Shown: positions 1-13,330 of the stretch, in pieces
Layout: every line of letters begins with the position of its first letter
Numbering within the stretch: position 1 is the first letter of the stretch
Origin: Mobula hypostoma
Taxonomy: Eukaryota
DNA length: 64,000 nucleotides
Direction of reading: 5' to 3'
Assembly: GCF_963921235.1 (NCBI RefSeq)
Contig: NC_086097.1
Coordinates: 98,830,001-98,894,000 of the forward strand
Notes under the pieces: generated by a model
The model's input: only the letters and a program-made list of their open reading frames with translations
What the model was told of the DNA's origin: nothing
The model's database searches: none
Program-made: the position numbers and the translations under genes

Positions 1-410
1 TACTGAGGCAGGAAGAAGTGTAGACAGAGTCCATGGAGGGGATGTTGTTTTCTGTGATGTGCTGAACCATGTCCATAACCCTCTGCAGTTTCTTGTGGTC
101 ACGTGTAGAGGAATTGCCATATCAAGCCATTACGGACAGAATGCTTTCTATGGTGCATCGATAAAAATTGGTAAGGGTTGATGGCAACATACCTGAGGAA
201 GTAAAGACATTGGTTAGCTTTCTTTGCCATGACATCAGTGTGGTTGGACCACGACAGTCTATCGGTGATGTTCAAGAACTTGCAGCTGTCAACTCTCTCA
301 AGCTGAATACCATTGCTGTGGACAGGAGCATGTGCACTGTCCCCCTTCCTGAAGTTAATGACTTTTGCTTTGTTGACTGTGAGGGAAAAGTTGTCATAAC
401 ACTAGTTAAA
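1..410 (-). mobile_element. Rex1/Babar-type LINE fragment
   Basis: Degenerate RT C-terminal coding sequence similar, in reverse, to 26700-27100. Confidence 0.65.
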
Positions 411-879
411 ATTACTGTTAAAATAGGGGCTCCCCCATTAGGACAGATGAGGAAATTCTTGTTTTTCTGTCTGAGAAGCTCTGAGTCTTTTAAACTCGCT
501 TCCTCAAGGGGCACAGAAACAGTTTCTTTGAATCTTTTTAAACCAGATGTAGATAGGTTGTTGACAGCCAAGGGGTTGAAAAGTTACAGTGGGTAGATGT
601 AGGAATGTGGAATTGACATTACGATTAGATCAGCCATGTCTCATCAGATTGTAATGGCTGAGCAGGCTTGATTAGTAATTAGTCTCCTGATTCACCTGTT
701 TGATTGATCTAGTCTGTAGTCAGAGGGTGGACACATGGTATTAATCTGAGGCTGATATCCTTCATTCAAGGGACAAAGCAGTGGAGTTAGATTGGGAAAC
801 AGCAGGGTAAGCTGCCTCAGTGACTATCACCCAGAAGCACTCACATCTACCATAATAGAATGATTTGAGAGGTTGGTTA

Positions 880-1225
880 TGGCTAGAGTTAACTTCTACC
901 TGAGCAAGGACATGGACCCACTGCAATTCGCTTATCATTGCAACAGACACAATATCATTGGCTCTCCTCTCTGCTTTGGAGAACCAAGACAGCACAAATC
1001 ATAGGTCAGGCTGCTGTTTATTGATTACAGTTTGGTATTCAATTCCTCAGTATTAATCACTAAACTTCTGTACCTCCTACTGTAACTAAATCCTCAACTT
1101 CCTCGTCAGGAGATCACAGTCAACAGGGATGGGTAATAACATCTCCATCTTGCTGACAGGTGCATGTCAAGGATGTGTGCTTAGCCTACTACTGCTCTGC
1201 TCTCTCTACACTCGTAGCCGTGTTG
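880..1225 (+). mobile_element. Rex1/Babar-type LINE RT fragment
   Basis: DPLQFAY, VRLLFIDYS..FN and QGCVLS.LL remnants. Confidence 0.75.
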
Positions 1226-2019
1226 ATATTGTTGGGAAAATGACTGAGGTGTCATCAGGAATGCTATCAAACCAGGCTTTAGCACTCCGGTATACAGGGT
1301 ATATTTGAGATAAAGCACCCAATGTAATTGATTTGGAGTAAAGTCACCTTCATCCAGGTGTGAGGTAAACACTATCTCTAACAGGAGTGTCTAACTGTCT
1401 ATCTTTGATATTCAGTGACGTTTCTACCATCAATATCCTGGGGATCACCACTGATCAATCACATGTAGACTACAGTAACCAAAGCAGGTCAGAGCCTGGT
1501 ATCCTTTTGCAAGTCATTTATCTTCTGGCTCTCCAGACTTTACCACTGCATAGAATCACAAGTCAGGTGTGTGGTGGAATTCTTGACTGAATTAGATAAG
1601 ATTAGATTACATTCAACTTTATTGTCATTGTGCCGAGTACAGATACGAAGCCAATGAAATGCAGTTAGCATCTGACCAGAAATAGGTACAGCTGCAGTAA
1701 CACTCAGTGTCATAAAGTCGTATAGCACAGACACATGCTCTGCAGCCCATCTGTTCCATACCAATCAAGATGCCCTATTAAGCAAGCCTCATTTGCCAGT
1801 GTTTGGCCATGAACCTTCTAAACCTTTCACATCCATTTAAATCTTTTAAATATTCTTACTGTACCCCACTGAACCACTCCTTTTGGCAGCTCATTCCACA
1901 TGGCTACCACCCTTCATAAAAGTAAGTTGCCTTTTCAAGTTCCATTACTAATTGTAAAGTTCAACACCACCCAGAGTAAAGCAGCTATCTTGATTAGAAC
2001 TCCATTCAGAATTCCAGGT

Positions 2020-2335
2020 GTTCATTCCCACACAAAGTGGCTGCGGAAGTGCGAGCTCAGACCCGAGGACCTGGAGGAGGTTGCCGCTGACCGTACCATT
2101 TGACAACAGCTGTGTAGGGATGGGGTTTGTATTCTGGAGATGGAAAGAACAACCAGAAGACAGCAGAAGAGAGCCAGGAGAAATGTAGCCATGGTTGCCA
2201 CCACTACCACATATACATGACCCACCTGCAACAGAGCTTGTGGGTCCAGGATAGGACTGTATAGTCATCAAAGATCTCACCGTTAAAGGAGTGAACGTCG
2301 TCATCAGATTTTGATGGACAACCAAAGAGGAGGCT
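2020..2335 (+). mobile_element. RTE-clade LINE 3' end
   Basis: C-terminal PTCNRACGSRIGLYSHQRSH zinc-finger-like motif. Confidence 0.75.
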
Positions 2336-5300
2336 GCGGTGTGTACCATCGACACACAGTACATTATTCTGAATGACCCTCCCTTCCACTGGCTCAGTTG
2401 ACACTTCCCACTGTCTTGGAAAAGAAGCCAAAGGACCCTCTCCACCCTGGTCATTGCCTCTTCTCCCCATGGCCTGAAGACAGAAAAGCTTGATAACATG
2501 TTCCATCAGGATCAGGAGATGCTTCTCTGCTGCTGATATCAGTCTTGACTCACTACTTATTTACTGTCCATTATGCCGCTGATATTTAGGGCAGCAAAGA
2601 AAGTCCTCCATCTCCTGTCATGTCCAGGGCTTCCTTCATCATGTTATTCCACTCGAGTTTCACTACCATCAGTCACAGAAGTCCTGAGCAGAGACTCAGG
2701 AATACTGTCACATGCAGATGCAGAAGGATTCTTCATTGCAATTGTGTTTTACCAGTCTGGGTTGTTAGCTCTGAGCTGAACCTCCAAACCTAGAGGACCA
2801 GAGGACCACTCTTAGTCTGTCCTCTACCCTTTTAGCTGTTTGGTATGGGTGACCCTACCAAGAGCCAAAGCATAAAGCCCTGACTCCAGCCAGCATAGCC
2901 CTCCAGGTCATTGACGCACGCAAGCCTCCAATTCATGAGAAGGCTGTAGTCCCCTTGGAGGATCAGACTGTTGAACAGATCTTTTATACATCAAAGATGG
3001 CCTCCTGATCACTGAAACTATCTAGTCGTGGCCCTTGCACAACTTGTCTACCTGCACTGCACGTTCTCTGTAACATTGTATCTTGGATTCTGTACTCTTT
3101 GCTTTGGCACTTCTTCAGTGTACTTATGTACAGAATGATCTGTCTGGACACACAAAAGCTTCTCTCTGTGTCTCAGTACATGTGATAATAAAAAACAATT
3201 CCTAATACCGCTGAGCCAACTCCAACAGAATTCCCAAACCTGCTCTCTGCTCCACATAGCCAAGAATGTAGCAGGTTCAAGCCAACACTACCACCCAAGT
3301 AAAGCACCATCTCCTTTATCTTTGCTAGTTAATGCATTTCCTAGTGAAGGCATCAGCACTGGTAATGGATGCTAATTGATGAGGAGTCTGCTGCGACCCA
3401 GTGGCCTCTCTTCATATCATAAAAGCAAAAGGCGTTCCCAACACAAGATGAGCCCTGCTGTCACCCAGCAGTTGCGTTCATGTAATGGAGAGTGCTGTCA
3501 AAGAAGATATCTTTGACTCAGGCTCTCACGCTGAGCTGTGGCCACGCAGGGTCCTCTGAGAGTTCACCAGACATATGGAGAACACAGCACAAAGAGGAAA
3601 TGTGTAAAACAGAGCCTGATAACAAAGCAGACTGCAGGTGCAGTCCGCTACACAAATCAATCAACCCTTCTGGCCAGCTCAGGCCCAGCGTTTCTAAACA
3701 GATTTCCAACGGGCGGGATGATGAGTGGCCTTGCTTGCAGAAGCAGCCCACACCTGGATTCTTCAGCCAAGTTAAGAAACCTTGGCTGGTGCCTCTTGAC
3801 TCACACATTTCAAACAACAACAGTTCGGGAAAGAAAACACAAGGGAAAGGAGACAAATGCAGCACTCCTGGTTGGAACCAGCGACCTTTGGAATAACTCG
3901 AGCAGGAACTACTAGTTGGTGTGCCACAGGTGTACAGTGCAGACATCAATACAACTGCATTCTGTTGGAGCCTGTCTGTCCAGCAAGTGCGGCAGCTGGG
4001 GTTTGATTCCTGTTGACCAAGAACCACCATTCTAGCTGATCTTAGTGGCAGTGGCCTGACTTCATTGTCAGTAGCCACCAATTCCTCAATTCATTAACGT
4101 GTCCAAAACTCAGCTCTTCACTTGTTCTCTGCCCCAGACTCACTCACACAGTTCTACAGCACTAAAACTGGCCTTTATTCCCACCATGTCCAAGCTGACC
4201 ATTATACCACCCACACTAGTGTCATTTCCTCAGTTTTGGTCTATAATTTTGACCCTTGGGTGGCAAGGTGGAGATATATCTTTATTAAGGGAGGTGTAAG
4301 GTGATTCTTCCCTCCACTAGTCTGCCTGTTATCCTTGGGCAAGGTGTAGCACCTGTTTAGCCTCCCCCCACCCCTGCCGCCAAACCCCGATCAGGGTCAC
4401 GTGAAGTCGTATGAGCAGCTGGTGCACATCACGTCCTGGGACTCCTTAACTTTGGGTCTCATAGCATCATGGCAACAGATCAGACATGGGCAAGATAACC
4501 TCTTGAATGCTAGCTGGTGGATGGCCTCAGATGATGAATCAGTTCCTTTTTCATGTTGAGCTAATGGTGACTGCATCAAAAGCACAAACTATACACAAGG
4601 TGAGGAAGCTCAGTGTCCAGCCGGCTAACACCCCTGACCAGACTGGCTGAGAATGTACATAGGAGTCAGATTGGGCTGACAAGAGACACGTAACATTCTG
4701 CACAAGGCAAAGACTATAAGAATGTTGGAATTAGAAGCAGATACGGTCCCTTTTTGGATCTACTTCATTGTTCATCAAGATGATGACTAACCTCCTACCT
4801 TGATGCAATTCTCCAGCATAGCCAAGAAGAGCAAGGGCAGTGGCAGATGGGAGATACAGTTTCAAGTTAAACATCCATCAGTAAGTGATGACAGCACAGA
4901 AAGATTCCTTCTGGTCTTTCTCTCTCATCCCCATGCACGAGTCTATTATATATACTTCTGTTTTGAATTTCACTGTCTTGGAAGCAGTTCTGGAATTGCA
5001 CAGTCCTGAAAATTATGAGTTTACTTCAGGTTTTCACTAAAAGGAATGTTTGAATTAATGGTAGGGATATTGTTTGAGCTATTCTTAAAGTATAACCTTA
5101 CTTTAAGCTCTGGTTGCAGGAGAATCGCATTGCTTCCTAACCATTATGCGACTGCTGAATTATCATTATGCCCCTTGCTCCCTGCTCACCACTTCCAGAC
5201 TGAATATTGTTCTGGGTTGTCAGCAACTCACTGGGACATGTCAGAGCTGGGTGGCAGAATTGTTTATGTCAGGTCTTGGGGGAAACAAGTAGGCTACGTG

Positions 5301-5799
5301 GCTGGGTAGGAGCAAAGCAGATGGAATACCCTGCAGAAAAATATGAGGCATGAAACTACGAGGCAAAAATAAAACACCAAAGTATTTATTTAAAGGAGAG
5401 TTTAAAGGTGTTGGCTTTCAGGGGGACTTGAATCTCCTCGTACTCTAGTCACTGGGAGTTAACATAAAGTGAAAATTTTAAAATTATAAATAGTGGACAA
5501 CTAAAATGCTGGAGCTACTCAGCAGGTCAGGCTGCATCTGTGGGAGATAAAATCAAGCTAATGCTTCAGGTCAAAGAACAGATCAAATGAAGAGTCTTTG
5601 ACCGAAACATTAGTCTCATTTCTCATCTGTGACAGAGAAGTGTCAAAATAAATGTTGTCCTTTACTGATGTGAATTATTGTGTGAAAGCTTTATCCCCTC
5701 TGTATGGGGGGATATATTTGCGATAGTGGGAGTCCACAGGGCTTTCTACCTATTTATTTATTTATTTACCTAGCTGTTTATTTATTTATCTATTTATTT

Positions 5800-6015
5800 A
5801 TTTATTGAGATACAGTGCAGAATAGGCCCTTCTAGCCTTCTGAGCTGTGCCGGCCAGCAGCTCCTCATTTAACCCTAGCCTAATCACAGGACAATTTACA
5901 ATGACCAACCTACCACTAACTGGTACGTCTGTGGAATGTGGGAGGAAACTGGAGCTCCCTGAGGAAACCCACATGGTTACGTGGAAAATGTACAAACTCC
6001 TTACACACAGCCCCG
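5800..6015 (-). mobile_element. V-SINE/HE1-like SINE (related copies ~23912-24140, ~39105-39400, ~41400-41570)
   Basis: Shared core GTGGGAGGAAAC.GGAGC.CCC.GAGGAAACCCAC; family name from recall. Confidence 0.7.
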
Positions 6016-8108
6016 GCATGTGTGCTGAGATTAAATAGACTTGTCTTATACTCTACAGTTGGAAATGAGAAATAATCTCATTAAAATATAGAAATTTCAT
6101 TGGGGCTTCATGGGTACACCCTGAGTTGACATTTTTCCTTGCTACACATCTCTAGAATCGGGGTCACAGCATCAACTGTTCAGAGTTGGGATGAGAAGAA
6201 ATTTCTTCACCTAATGGAAGAAGAATGGTTGGAATTGTTTATGCAAGAGAGCTGCATGTACATGGCAGAATCTGGTAGATTTTTAGATAGTAAGGGAATT
6301 GAGGGACATGAGGTTGGTGCAGAAAAGCAATGTTGAAATATAAAAGAATCTGCCAGCACAGGGGCTGAATGATCTACTTCACCTTCTAGTTGGTGTTCTG
6401 GCCCCAGTAAGGGCAAAGCACAAAGGCCAATTTGTAGGTGTGTACCCACAGGTTTTGATCTGAGGGTGGTGTCAGGCAAAGTGACAGTAGCAGCTCTTGA
6501 TTAGCAGGGCTAGGAGAGGGATCAAGGAATGACCACAAGTGACCTGAAGAGAGGACAGGTCTTGGCTAGAGATTTGGCACTCCTGTGCTAGAAAGGGTCT
6601 GCTCTGGAAATTAACATGTGTTGCCAGGGTAAAGGGAAAGCAGATAGGAGATAACGTCCAACCAGAGACCTGGCAGAACACTATGGGAGGTTCTGGGCAC
6701 ACGCCTGTCCTTGAACCTATCTTATAGCATATTCAGTAATTCACTCTTGTGCACCTACTCTTTGATGCATTATGGATGGTGCATGAAGTCATGCACGATC
6801 TCTTTCTCTACTACCCTAGAGCATCCAGACAGACCCATCTCTTTCCAGCTGCAGATTCTACCCTTCTGCAACTTGTTTCAGAGAGTGTCCTCACACAATA
6901 TAAAGAATAGCAGGTTCCTGTCCCTGCTGTTCAGTCACAGAGTGCAAAGAGATCTCGTTGCCCACCTCTCCTTCCTGTATCTCCATCAGCCTGCCCTCCC
7001 AATGAGCCTCAGGTTTCAGGTTATGTATTCCAAGTAATAATATGTATTGGCTTTTGGCTCCCCACTTCTTATACCCCAGCCCAGGTCCTCTGAAACAAGG
7101 GACTTAAAGAACTGCCATTGACTGAGGACAGAGTCTTCCTGAGCCTCCTGGCCCAAGGTCATTGGTAGCCACACCCAGCAAAGCAAGGCATAGGCTGATA
7201 TTGGCCTGATGTGGGGAAATAAGATTGGCGTAGATAGGCAAAAGGATCAGTACGGACATTATGGGCCAAAGGACCTGTTTCTATGCTCTACGAGTCAATG
7301 GCATGTTTCTCTGAGAGAAGCAACTACAACGTGGGCAACATTTAATTTGGAAAGATCAACTCAGCAGTCATTGAATACATTAGGTGCTTTCTTTACACCT
7401 TTACTGAAATGTTAGGCGATGCTTGTTTCGGTATTCACCACATTGGGTATGAGACAAAAAACACCAGAGGAAATCAGCAGGTCAGGAATCCTCTACAGAG
7501 AGAAATGAGCAGTTGACATTTCAAGTTCCCCAGTAGTTTTCTTTTATCTAGATTCCAGCGTCTGCAGACCCTTAAGTCTGCATTGGATATCAAAATGGGT
7601 AGAAGGGGTTTTGGATGATTGGGCTGTTCTCTGCAGGTGTCCTTGTTCCAATGTCGTTGCATTTGTCTTATCAGTTCTTTCACCATAACTATTCAATTCA
7701 TGGGCCAGCTAGGAAGAGAGGGGGAAGGGGAGAGGGAGGGTGGAGGGTGGGGAAGGAGTGGGGGAGGGGGAGAGGGGGAGAGGGGGAGAGGGTGGAGGGA
7801 GAGTGTGGGGGGGGAGAGGTGAGAAGGGGAGAGTGCGGAGGGAGAGGGGGAAGATGGAAGGGGATAGATAGATTGTGGTTAGCAACTAAGGGCCAGGGCC
7901 AGATTTAAATCATTTTGTTCTGGTTCTTCAGACTAAAAGCCCCAATTCAGGACCGTACAATTAGATTCTCAAATCAATGGTACCCCTTGTAGTCAGACCA
8001 GGTCTGGGTGAATCCTGGTGGGATTTCTGGGTTAATTGTGCTATCTGAGGCTAGAACACTGACTGAAAATGTCAAAAGGTAAGTGAAAAAAACTATTTGT
8101 TATGTGAT

Positions 8109-8335
8109 CAACATACACAAAATGCTGAAGGAACTCAGCAGGCCAGGCAGCATCTATGGAGAAGAGTCCAGTTTACATGTCGGCTTGAGACCTTTGGCAG
8201 GACTGATGAAGGTTCTCGGCCCGAAACATCGACTGTACTCGACTGTACCATAGATGTGCCTGGCCTGCTGAGTTCCTCCAGCATTCTGTGTGTGCTGCTT
8301 GGATTTCCAGCATCTGTAGATTTTATCTTGTTTGT
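8109..8335. repeat. Palindromic dispersed repeat (related copies ~13832-14018, 15100-15765, 45410-45550, 5500-5640)
   Basis: Inverted arms ACACAAAATGCTG.AGGAACTCAGCAGG.CAGGCAGCATC and their complement. Possibly derived from Penelope-like element termini (inference). Confidence 0.8.
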
Positions 8336-8409
8336 GATTTATTACATGGTTATCAATTTCAATCTGTTCTTTTGGGGAATGGAGAATATTGGTTTGAGAA
8401 GACGAGTGA

Positions 8410-8676
8410 AGTTGTTAGTTTTGCCCAGGTCTTTTAGGTTAATTGATTAATCTTGTTTTTCTTTGGGGATGGGTTATTTTTTCATTTTTTTTCCCCAGTT
8501 TTTTTTTTATTTTGTATTATCCGTGGATAGTTCTACATGTTTGGGAGCTTTGTTAATTTCCACTACTTGGTTTTGCAATTAATTTTTTTAAGTGTAACAT
8601 TACATCTCCTTCTATTTGTATTATGGCTATGTTCTGTTTCTGTATTTTGAAATTAATAAAAAGATTGAAAAAGAAA
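8410..8676 (+). mobile_element. Short L1 3'-UTR fragment
   Basis: Ends AATAAAAAGATTGAAAAAGAAA, like the L1 at 38230. 14-bp TSD GAGAAGACGAGTGA at 8396-8409 and 8677-8690. Confidence 0.85.
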
Positions 8677-9869
8677 GAGAAGACGAGTGATATAATTATT
8701 TGGAAGAGGCCAGTGATTTTCTTTCTTTCTTTGATAATGCCTGCATTTATTGTGTTTTGGAGCACCTTTAGTTGCCATAGAGACATCCTCCATTAGTAAC
8801 AGTTTCCGAATCAGTAAAGGTAGGCGCCTTATCCTCCCCTCCTCCCTCCGTACGATTTCCCAGCTCCAGCAGGCCTGGGAGCAAAATACTCTGAAGGTTT
8901 TCCATGTGAAATTTCAGCATCCAATGTAGGGTGTGTCCCCTTTACATTGTTCAAACAAGGAACTGCTTGGATCCTTGCCAGTTCCTGTTGGCTCCCAAAA
9001 AAACAAACACTTTCCCACAAAGTGTTCCTTCCTCAGAGCTCTGACTGACAAACAAAGTGCTTCAGAGAGGAGAGTAGGCCGAGCTCTCTCAGCCTATTCC
9101 CGATCTATCCTCCCAGAGCTCACTGGAAGGTCAGCCCATTCTCCTCTGCTCTTGGCCTCTTTCCTTTCATGTTAACGTGTGAGTAAGTGCATAGTTCAGG
9201 AAACACCTGCCATTGTAGCAGCTCCCCCCCCCCCGCCCCCATCGGTTCTGGAAGCTGACTCAGAGAACATCAGGTGGCTTTCTCTGTTTATCTTACTGAG
9301 GGCCCCCTGCGCCCCCTCTGTCACTGGACAATCCGGCCGCACCCTCATGGCTGCTTGGTGAACTATTGGTTAGCAGAAGTCCCATTAGGGTGTCTCCAGG
9401 GGCCCTGTGAACAACCACAGAGCTACTTCTAGCCTGGAGTCTCAGCGTATCTCTGAGCTGCCAAGTTCTAGCCCTACTCTGGATTATGTAAGCTCAAACC
9501 ACCCAGCAGGGCTCAGGATGGTCTGTGGAAAGTGCCTGAGGGCAGGTGGAAGCACCAGGTGAATACAAGTCAAGGCACTAACTCACAGAATTCAAGCAAG
9601 TTGCAATTTTCCAGCAACTTAGGAACTTGGTCGGCCATCCACCTCACTTCCTATGAAGTGTTCATCATGGTCCAGTCATATTGCTGCTCTCATAAAATCA
9701 AACGGCCGTGGTTCAGAGCGTTCCAGGGAGTTAAATATAATGGGACATTAAACTGAGGGTCATCTGCCTGCTCAGGTGGATGAGGGAGATCTTCTGTCAC
9801 TTGTTTGAAGGACAGTTGGTATTCCTGCCAGTATTTATCCTTGCATCACTGTTACCAAAAAGCTGATTA

Positions 9870-10850
9870 CACTGGACAACAAAGATTTTGCTTCCTGAAT
9901 ACCTTTAGGTGTATCTTATGAATGTTGGGCTACTGATCATGAAAATCACCATGACATTTCCCTATCATGCACCATTTTTAAATAAACTTATGTTTATTAT
10001 TTCAATTCATAATTCAAGTCAATTAAAATGTTGCCTGCAATGTAAGCTGGAAAGTTTCCTATCTTGTCCAGGTATGCTTGGGCACGCTTAGGTGGTGTGG
10101 CTGCTGCAGGGCAGGACAGGTTTTAGTAATAATTATTGGGTTCAGGACTGTAAGGATGGAATTTGCTATCAACAGGCACAAAAATTTCTATGAAGGATTT
10201 TGTTATTTGAGACAGATGCTTCCCGGAATAACTGATGCCAAGATTAAGGAAAGCATTTTTGTTGGTCCACAAGTCAAATAGGTCATCAATGACAGGCAAT
10301 TTGAAGAATTTCTAGTGGGACCAGAGAAAATCACATGGAAGGCATTCAAGGAAGTTGCTGAATTTTTTCTCGGCATCTACAGAGCACCAAACTGCACGCA
10401 GCTGGTTGAAAGCATGCTTTGAGCATATGAATCTATGAAATGCAACATGTCACTAAAGATTCATTTTCTGCATTCCCATTTAGACTTCTTCCCTGCAAAT
10501 CTTGATGCTGTTAGTGACGAGCACGGTGAAAGGTTTCACCAGGACATTGCAGTCATGGAGAAAAGATACCAGGGCAACTGGAATCCATCGATGCTGGCGA
10601 ATTTATTGTTGGACCCTTAAGTGAGAAGCCTCAGACACTGAGTACAAATGAAAATCATTACTAGTTGAACTATTGCAAAGCATCAGCACCATTATGCAAT
10701 TAAACACATTATATTCAATAAAAGTTAATTTGTTGTTTCTCCAAATTCCAACGTGATACAACTACAGGTAGTCTGAAATTATATTTGTGTTCATCTTCAA
10801 GCAGTCAATCATAAACAAAAATAAAATTCTGAGGAAGCAACACTTCTGTG
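9870..10850 (+). mobile_element. Deleted DNA transposon, probably Chapaev3 (CMC) type
   Basis: Transposase C-terminus AKIKESIFVGPQ and MSLKIHFLHSHLDFFP..VSDEHGERFHQDI..MEKRYQG. Starts TTA|CACTGG. Inverted TTGCTTCCT / AGGAAGCAA near the ends. Superfamily assigned from recall. Confidence 0.65.
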
Positions 10851-11819
10851 TTCACAACAGGTCTACCCCCAGATGGGTAAGTCTGGGGACCAGTCCATTC
10901 CAGTGTCTCGGTGAGGGAAGTTCGGAACGTCCGAATGAGAGAGGGGAACAGACCAGACCTATGGTGGATTGATAGAAGTGAGACTCAGAGGTAAACTGAA
11001 GGGTGTTGCTAATATGGAACTTGCCAATGGGGGATCTTCCTGTCTGCATTGCTGGTGGAGCAATTGGCATTGGGAGAGAGGGGGGAGAGTGGAGAGGGAC
11101 TGCTCCTGTGATACCTTGGGATTGTCTGACACGTAGTAAGATGCAGAAAGCATTATTCTCCATTTATTCTGTGTTGTACTTGCTTACTTGCTGTGTGTTG
11201 GAGGATTTTCATAGTCCATTGCAGTGTATGATGGACTGCAGAGTGTGAAAAGACAATGTTGTTGTTATATTTAGGATGAGACATACCACTTTGTTCCTGG
11301 GCCTGTAATTCACAGCTGTGTCCTGTTACTGTGTCCTTGATGTGTGTTCCAGTAGTACTGCAGAAACACTCTGGGTGGTGAAACTCCAGCTGGCCTCTTG
11401 TGTTTGCTGCTCCACAGGTGACCTGAATGAACAGAATACAATGCTGCCCAGTGTCTGTGCATGCTTTTATGGGCTATTATGCAGAAGGACAATGCAGATA
11501 ATGGAGAGCTAGGCACAGTCCCTGGCATGCTCAGGAGTTTGTTAAGGAAAGACTTCTGTTTAACATATTGCCATGAAACAGTTTCAGTGCAAGCAACAGT
11601 TAAATGCTTTTAACTCACGCACTGAACTCAGCCAGACGAAATGCTCCAGAGTTTGATCAATCACCCAAGAGAGATGTCAGCTAGGAACCCTGAACCAGTT
11701 TGCAAGGGCTGCATGTCCCCCTACTCGAGTCCTTGAACTTAGGTAATTAAAATGGGAAATCCAATTGACAAAGAATGCAGGATCACCTGAGCCCAATATG
11801 ACAACTCACTGGGTGCGAA

Positions 11820-13330
11820 ATGAGAACAGAAACACCCCAGTCCCAATATAACCCCTCACTCTGTGCTACTGAGATCAGAAACACCACAGTCCCAATATAA
11901 CCCCTCGCCTTGTACTTGTGAACAGAAACACCCAGTCCCAATATAACCCCTCACTCGATGTTACTGAGAACATAAACACACCAGTCCCAATATAATTGAC
12001 AAGGTCCCACATAGGAGATTAGTGTGCAAACTTAAAGCACACGGTATTGGGGGTAAGGTATTGGTGTGGGTGGAGAATTGGTTAGCAGACAGGAAGCAAA
12101 GAGTGGGAATAAACGGGACCTTTTCAGAATGGCAGGCGGTGACTAGTGGGGTACCGCAAGGCTCAGTGCTGGGACCCCAGTTGTTTACAATATATATTAA
12201 TGACTTGGATGAGGGAATTAAATGCAGCATCTCCAAGTTTGCGGATGACACGAAGCTGGGTGGCAGTGTTAGCAGTGAGGAGGATGCTAAAAAAATAGGA
12301 AAACAGATTATTATCTGAATGGAGGGGGGATCAGGATAGAGGGGAAGCCTTTTAGGACCGAGGTTAGGAAAAACTTCTTCACACAGAGAGTGGTGAATCT
12401 GTGGAATTCTCTGCCACAGCAAACTGTTGAGGCCAGTTCATTAGCTATGTTTAAAAGGAAGTTAGATATGGCCCTTGTGGCTACAGGGGTCAGGGGGTAT
12501 GGAGGGAAGGCTGGGTTCTGAGTTGGATGATCAGCCATGATCATAATAAATGGCGGTGCAGGCTCGAAGGGCCGAATGGCCTACTCCTGCACCTATTTTC
12601 TATGTTTCTATGTTTCTATGTTTCTATAATCTCCCACTCTCTGCTACTGAGAACAGAAACACCCCAGACCCAATATAACCTCTCACTCTGTGTTACTGAG
12701 AACATAAACACCCCAGTCCCAATATAACCCCTCACTCTGTGCTACTGAGAACATAAACACACCAGTCCCAATATAACCCCTCACTCTGAGCTACTGAGAA
12801 CAGAAACACCCAGTCCCAATATAACCCCTCACTCTGTGTTACTGAACAGAAACACCCCAGTCCCAATATAACCCCTCACTCTGAGCTACTGAGAACATAA
12901 ACACACCAGTACCAATATAATCCCTCACTCTGAGCTACTGAGAACAGAAACACCCAGTCCCAATATAACCCCTCACTCTGAGCTACTGAAAAGAGAAGTA
13001 TCCCAGTCCCAATATAACCCCTCACTCTGTGCTACTGAAAAGAGAAGTATCCCAGTCCCAATATAACCCCTCACTCTGTTACTGAGAACAGAAACACCCC
13101 AGTCCCAATATAACCCCTCACTCTGTGCTACTGAGAACAGAAACACCCCAGTCCCAATATAACCCCTCACTCTGTGCTACTGAACAGAAACACCCCAGTC
13201 CCAATATAATCCCTCACTCTGTGCTACTGAAAAGAGAAGTATCCCAGTCCCAATATAACCCCTCACTCTATGCTACTGAAAAGAGAAGTATCCCAGTCCC
13301 AATATAACCCCTGACTTTGTGCTTGTGAGT
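11820..13330. repeat. ~49-bp tandem repeat (CCCAGTCCCAATATAACCCCTCACTCTGTGCTACTGAGAACAGAAACA) interrupted by CR1
   Basis: About 4 units before and 14 units after the CR1 insertion. Confidence 0.96.
11997..12624 (+). mobile_element. Internally deleted CR1 fragment
   Basis: [10 protein letters not shown] and FADD ORF, CR1 3' UTR, (TTTCTATG)n tail, TATAAT duplicated at the flanks. Confidence 0.93.

Noticed and set aside
3492..4081. Overlapping 125-187 aa ORFs
   Set aside because: No domain similarity recognised and no splice-consistent gene model.
11820..13330. CRISPR-like appearance of the 49-bp array (and of the 20-bp array at 47846)
   Set aside because: Units are contiguous with no unique spacers, there are no cas genes, and the context is vertebrate.
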